NCBI RefSeq assembly: GCF_009914755.1
Contig: NC_060931.1
From: the human T2T-CHM13v2.0 reference genome, Homo sapiens
DNA length: 64,000 nt
Direction: 5' to 3' (one strand)
This document shows, piece by piece, positions 57,623 to 64,000 of the stretch. A program made the translations under genes and the position numbers. The notes under the pieces were generated by a model that was given only the letters and a program-made list of their open reading frames with translations, had not been told where the DNA came from and made no database searches. Within the stretch, counting starts at the first letter, position 1. The number at the start of each line of letters is the position of its first letter.

Positions 57623-60600
57623 ATGCCCGCGTGTGCCATAGGTTAGAGCCTCTGCCGGGGCTGGGTGCCCTTTGTGCCAGCGGTCCCACGCCCAGGTACT
57701 GCTCGGCTCACCTGGCGAGGACAGAGCCTCAGGGACCGGGCTGTGGACGGACAGAGAAGTACTGACGCTGTAAAATCTTCCCAGCCCTGTGGTTCCATTG
57801 GACAGAGGGGTGGAGGGACGAATTCTGCATCTAGGGAGGACAGTAGTAAGAGAAGCGCTTTGCAGCATCCCAGTTGGGACTACCTCCAAAAGGGTCCTAA
57901 CGCCCTGCTCTGGCCACTGGCCTGCCCTGCCTGACAAGGTTACCGCAGGGTGAGCTCACTTTTGTCAATGCGAAGGCATGAAAAGGGTAAGCAGCAGGAA
58001 CAGGTGGCACTCTGAGAAATGCGCCTGAAATGTAGAGGAGGAATTAAGGGAGGGGGAGAGAGCTAGGGAGTAGCAATGCCGGACTGGTTTTATCTCCAGA
58101 CTCAGAGGAAGCAGTGGCGGGCTTTCTCCTTGAAAAGACAGGGTCTGCGACTAGGCCTCTCCCGCCCAACACAGGCCTCCTACAAGAGGGCCCTGGTGGG
58201 CCAAAGATAGAAATATATTCTTGCACACCTTAAATTCTTAAGCTCCCTCTAGTAGTGTATGAGAATACTTTTGACATGACGTGCAGAGAATACAATTTGT
58301 GATGACTATCCTGCATATGCAAAAATTCTGTAAGTATCGGGGTGGCTGTCAGATTTTTAATTAGCCCGTTCTTATTTTTAGGAGATGCTTCTGAAAGAAA
58401 AAGACCCTTATTAATTCGAAATGAATTTTCCAGCTCTCTGAAGGCAATCTCCCAAAACAAAGACTAATAATAATACTACTACTATTAATTACTGGCCAAA
58501 TTTTAAGAGCGTGTGTGATTTTATGATGCTTAGCCTGGTGAATTTATTTTTCCTTCCCACTTATTTCTCCTTTTTTTAATGCCTTATTTGTTTTCTTTAT
58601 GTTCTTCGCATCTCTGTCTTGCTCTTTGTTTCTTTCTACTCTGAGTGGCCTCACAAAAGGCACCCCACCGTGACTTAACTTAGTTTGTTTTATGCTAGGC
58701 ATGGATACTGTGGCAGCAGGAGCTGCGCAAATGAGGGATGAAGTGGGATGTAATGGGATTGAGAACTACAGCTCAGGAGGGATATTTTATATAACTGAAG
58801 ATAGCATTCCACTCCAAAATTAGATAAGTAAATAGTCAAATCCATCATTTCTTCCATTTTTAATAATTCAAAAGCAGACTTTCTTCCCCAGCATGAGGAC
58901 TAAGAAGAGCAGAATTAGAGATGCCCATTATTGTCTATGTGATATGTTGGTATCAATAGCCTCACTACCTAAAAATACCATTGTTATATATTCTGTCAAT
59001 TATTTCAACATCAACTCCAGACTTCCCACTATGGTACACTGTTTCCAATTTTATATCTTTAGGAGAAAGGGCTTAAAGAATAAAAGAATGTAATAAGCTT
59101 GTAGAGAAGGTAAGTCAGCCTTTATTATTAACTTTGTTGGCCTTTGAGCCAAATCTCAATTTCTTTGGATCACTCTGTTGAAGCACTGAGTTCTCCAATA
59201 TGTGAAGCTGTTGAGGAAAGATATTGCTTCTACAATTCTTACTGAAAGGGTTGGTTATCATCTGTGAGCCTAAATCATTGTTTAATACTCTGTTGCGAGG
59301 TTTGCTATTAATTGCTTTTTACCAATCTAAACCTTCTTATTGAGGATATTCAAAATGTGGTTTTTTTTTAAATGTATGACAGCTAAAAGAAGACCATTTC
59401 CATAACATAGCATTAGGTTTCTGTTGGATTAACTATACCCATAACAATGCATTTTTTCAGCTCAGTTCTGTTATTTTGGAAAATTCCCTTAAAATCATAT
59501 TATATCCCATTAATCTTAATAAAATTTTGCTTAATCACGATAAATTTGCTGTTCAACATGTTGACAAATCATAAGGATTGTTGTTAAGCTGTTATAGTAA
59601 ATGATGTAAATGTGCAGTAAATACAGTTAATATATTACAGGTTATAAATGAGCAAGAAGTCGCAAATCAGTATCTACTATTCATTTAAGAAGAAATATTT
59701 TAATTAGTAAGTTAGTGAAGTATTGCAGGAGATTTTTGCATTTAATCATTTCTAGAACAAAGTTTAAAGAGATTTAATTCATGCAAATCACTGACCTTTA
59801 CCTACAACAAACTTGCGATTGGCACCTTTTGGCTAAATCTCAGTTTTTAATTCATATATTTAATTTGTTCATATACATTTCATTTTTTAGTAACTAAAAG
59901 TGAATAAAGAACAATAAAAACTTGATTGCCATGAAATGTTTATTCTTCCTTTTTTTAGGTGATATTGTGAATGTTGGCAGCATAAAATTATGTTTTTGTT
60001 GTAGTTTTTATATGAGTATATGTATGTACAAACATTTTTCTGTGATTTTTTTCAGTAAATCAAATCTAATTTCTTCAACATTTTGCCTGAAAAAATGAGA
60101 CAGAGTAACCTAATTGAAATTATTTAATCTTTCTCTCTTTTTGTTCTCATGTACAAACAGGCAAACCCAAACACTGAAAAGGAAAATAATTATCCTTAGC
60201 CAAAAAAATTTAAAGGAAATAATTAACTTTCATATTACTTTCCACATCTTAAGAAAACTAAGGTGAAAACCTTGACAAAGGGCCTTATTTGCTTGTATGC
60301 ATATAGGTGTATATGACTCATCTCTGAGATAGACATACTGTTAAGAGTCATAATCAGAAAAACTTGTGATTTGAGATGGTACTATGCTTCCATGCACACA
60401 AAGATGTGTGCCAGAGAAAGTGAAAAGTAAAGACAAATGGAAAGAAAGCTTCAACAATCTTACTTCTTTGGGGAATACTTTCAAGAGACAGGAATAAGAA
60501 AGCAAGCAATTCAGAAGTATCAATGCTCAGGAGAATGGTTAAAAGAGTGTGTAGTGATTTTTAAGTCAAGAGTTTATATTTGGCATTTTTAAAGTGAAGT

Positions 60601-61391
60601 GGCACATTGAAGCCTGCATAAAAAATAAAAAGCATAGAAAAGGAACTATCCTAAACTAATAAACAAGGTAAAATATTTTCTACAAACAAGACAACTATTT
60701 AGAAAAAAATTTGCCTTGACCCAAGTAATACAGCTATTGAAATGATAGGGCATTGAATTTCTGATGAAAGAAATACCTTTTCTAAAGAGATGCATAGTAA
60801 CATTAAACAAGTATTTATTGGAAGTTTATTATTTGTCCATCAGAGTCCCCATATTGGCAAACTTATGCTAGTTTAAATATTTAGAAAAAATTAGCTGTTA
60901 TATTTTAAAATACCATCATGTCTTCAAGCAATAACTTCAATATTATTTTATTTTGAATCTCTAATCATAGAATTTTTCTTTCAATTTCTTTTTCTTGTTT
61001 TATTTTACTCTTTCTCTCCCGTTTCCTCCATTAAACAAACACATTCAGAAAAAATCAGGGCCTACAACATGACTTCCTATTTAAACAAAACAAAACTATT
61101 CATCTCTAAAATCTGAATTTCATAGCAAGATCTTTCTTCACCCCATAGAGTTGGAGTCGTGTTTTTTTGTTGTTGTTGTTTGACTGTGACAGCACAAAAG
61201 TATATGGAATCCATTTATGTAGGCCTACATAGACTAAGGGAAGTAGAGAATTCAGTTATTTATCCAAATATTCACTAACAATGAAAATGCAATAGGAAGT
61301 AATTAATAAGCAGTAGATGGTGAAAACTGAAATAGGAAAAACTAATAACCCTTTACAGTTTTTTTAATTTTATGGATGCAGCCTGCCATGA

Positions 61392-61763
<372 letters not shown>

Positions 61764-62002
61764 AATACTAGGTTTTTTATATTCTTTAAACACAGTAAAA
61801 CACCTTTGTAAGCTAGCATTTTTCTATAAAATTTGGATATGTTTTGGATCAAACTGACTTCCTGAATAATATAACTCATTATAGTAGGCTACAGATAACA
61901 TAGTCTATTAGATGAGTGTCCATAGAAGCACCACAATATGATGTTGCTAGGGGTTTCTCCCTCTGAAGTAATGAGCATGGGAGAGAAAATAAGACAGCAG
62001 TT

Positions 62003-62404
<402 letters not shown>

Positions 62405-64000
62405 CTATATTCTTTTGATAGGTGAATAAAATAGAGATCATGTTGTCTATCACACATGGGAGATACAAACTTTTTAAGTTTTGCATTTGGGAATATTTGA
62501 CAATCAACATACAGCAAATATTATCCAGTCATAGTATTTTCTTCAAGATGTAGAAGGTAGTGGAGTATAATTCCTAAGGATTCCTGGTAATTTAGGAAAA
62601 AAAAAATACTGTGATACCTAATCACCTGAAGAATATTGTTGTTATCTATCTCATGCTTTATCACGTTTTTGTAATCAAATTAATAGTATTTCAACATTTC
62701 ATGCCTTTAAAATTAAGGACAGGGATTTTAAACCATTTTGTTGTAAGGATAGCTTGTGTTGTATAGTTGGAATTCATATATATTGATTTTCTTTTTCTTA
62801 TCCACAATTCTTGAAGTTTTACTCTAGGGTGACCCATTCTTTAATAATACAGTTCTCTGAGAATGTCCATAGCTATCTAGAAAAAAAGAATTGATTTAAT
62901 AAATTTGCCAACCTGGGTAAAGATGATCCAAACAAAAACAGTGAACTGGGTCTTGAGTTTCAAGTGGAGTGTTTTTATTACGTGGGTGTTGCTACAAGCC
63001 TTTCTGTTACACAGAGATTAATCTATCTTTTGCCAAGATGTTCACTTTTGTGGATATATTTTATACTATCAAGATACTGGCAGATTAATATTCAGTTAGT
63101 TTAAACCAAACAACCAAATGCATAACTTTAAAATGTCACCTAACTCCAAAGAGAGGATATTTATTATATTGAATAACATTTAATCATTTAGCTGTCATTA
63201 ATAATGATCTTAACTTTAATTGTATCATTTCACATATGATTAGCAGTCATTATTTGTAACAAGGGCAAGCATGTTTTGGCTGGGAAGACTGTGTGTATAT
63301 TCAGTCACCTTTGTGTTTTTCTCTGTTAGTATCAGAAAATTCCTCATATTCAAGACCTAATGCTTTCCAGATGACTTGAGTACTTTCAGATTTCGTATGT
63401 TTTAGATTAAATATACATTTCCTTTAAATTTCATTTATATTTCTCAAAATATATAAAACTTTCCCCTTTCAGCAACAACAATACTTATCAAAAATGAGCT
63501 GTCACGGTAAACCTAGTTACAACACCATATCCACACCTCAATTAAAGCCTTGACATCAATGTTCAGGAACAGAACCCAGTTCTGCTGTTTCTCCTTTTCT
63601 TCCCAGTTAACCAGCCAACTCACTCCACCCCTTCTCCACCCCTTCTTTTTATCTTTTTCTTCTTCAACAGGCAATAGTTGATTGTCTTTAACATATTACC
63701 ATAGAAGAGACTTCTTTTTTTTGGTTTTTTTTTTTTAAGTAGTAAAGAGAAAAGGAAGTAGAAAAGTAGGGAAAGCAAAGAGAAATTATCTAGAGGAGAG
63801 AAAAATGGAAACATGAAGGAGGGAACAATATGAAACAAAGGATGACTTTGTTCATATAACACAGACAAACACAATGCAAAGAAGAAAGAAACCAGAGATG
63901 GAAATGTCAAGGCCAAAATTGCTTGAAAGAAACTGGAAGCATAAATGAGACAAAAGAGTAGGGCAACTCAATTTACTTCAGTATTCAATCAACTGAAATT

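Larger units (their letters stand above)
55950..57760. promoter_or_regulatory. CACNA2D1: CpG island / TATA-less CACNA2D1 promoter
   Basis: Abrupt rise in GC and CpG density spanning exon 1, in an otherwise AT-rich, CpG-depleted window. Confidence 0.93.

Noticed and set aside
56212-57937. Many overlapping Arg/Gly/Pro-rich ORFs
   Set aside because: Stop codons are scarce in GC-rich CpG islands. The real coding frame is the 95-bp exon, which the ORF track misses.
63330-63415. Possible degenerate Tigger4 fragment
   Set aside because: Too diverged to call by eye.

Overview
Human (or great-ape) genomic DNA from the 5' end of CACNA2D1, the voltage-gated Ca2+ channel alpha-2/delta-1 subunit, on the minus strand. 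The only supportable coding sequence is the 95-bp coding part of exon 1 (56713->56619, MAAGCLLALTLTLFQSLLIGPSSEEPFPSAV-T, phase-2 GT donor). It lies in a CpG island with a GC-box/EGR1 promoter. Positions 1-56618 are intron 1 (exon 2 is outside the window) and about 7 kb is upstream flank. The rest is a typical primate repeat landscape: about 21 Alus, two younger truncated L1PA copies (one 5'-inverted by twin priming), MER50/THE1/MLT LTRs, DNA transposons, L2/MIR and microsatellites. Almost all ORF-track entries are repeat or CpG-island artefacts. I see no evidence for a wholly new biological system. The best leads are (1) a 188-nt candidate poison exon in intron 1 overlapping a MEF2/E-box/ARE motif cluster, (2) a 28-bp pre-miRNA-sized hairpin fully paired only on the transcribed strand, (3) a recent ~99%-identical 370-bp templated duplication, (4) a 5'UTR uORF and a start-codon hairpin, and (5) a possible spliced divergent transcript. 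Repeat family names come from recalled consensus sequences, not a database run.
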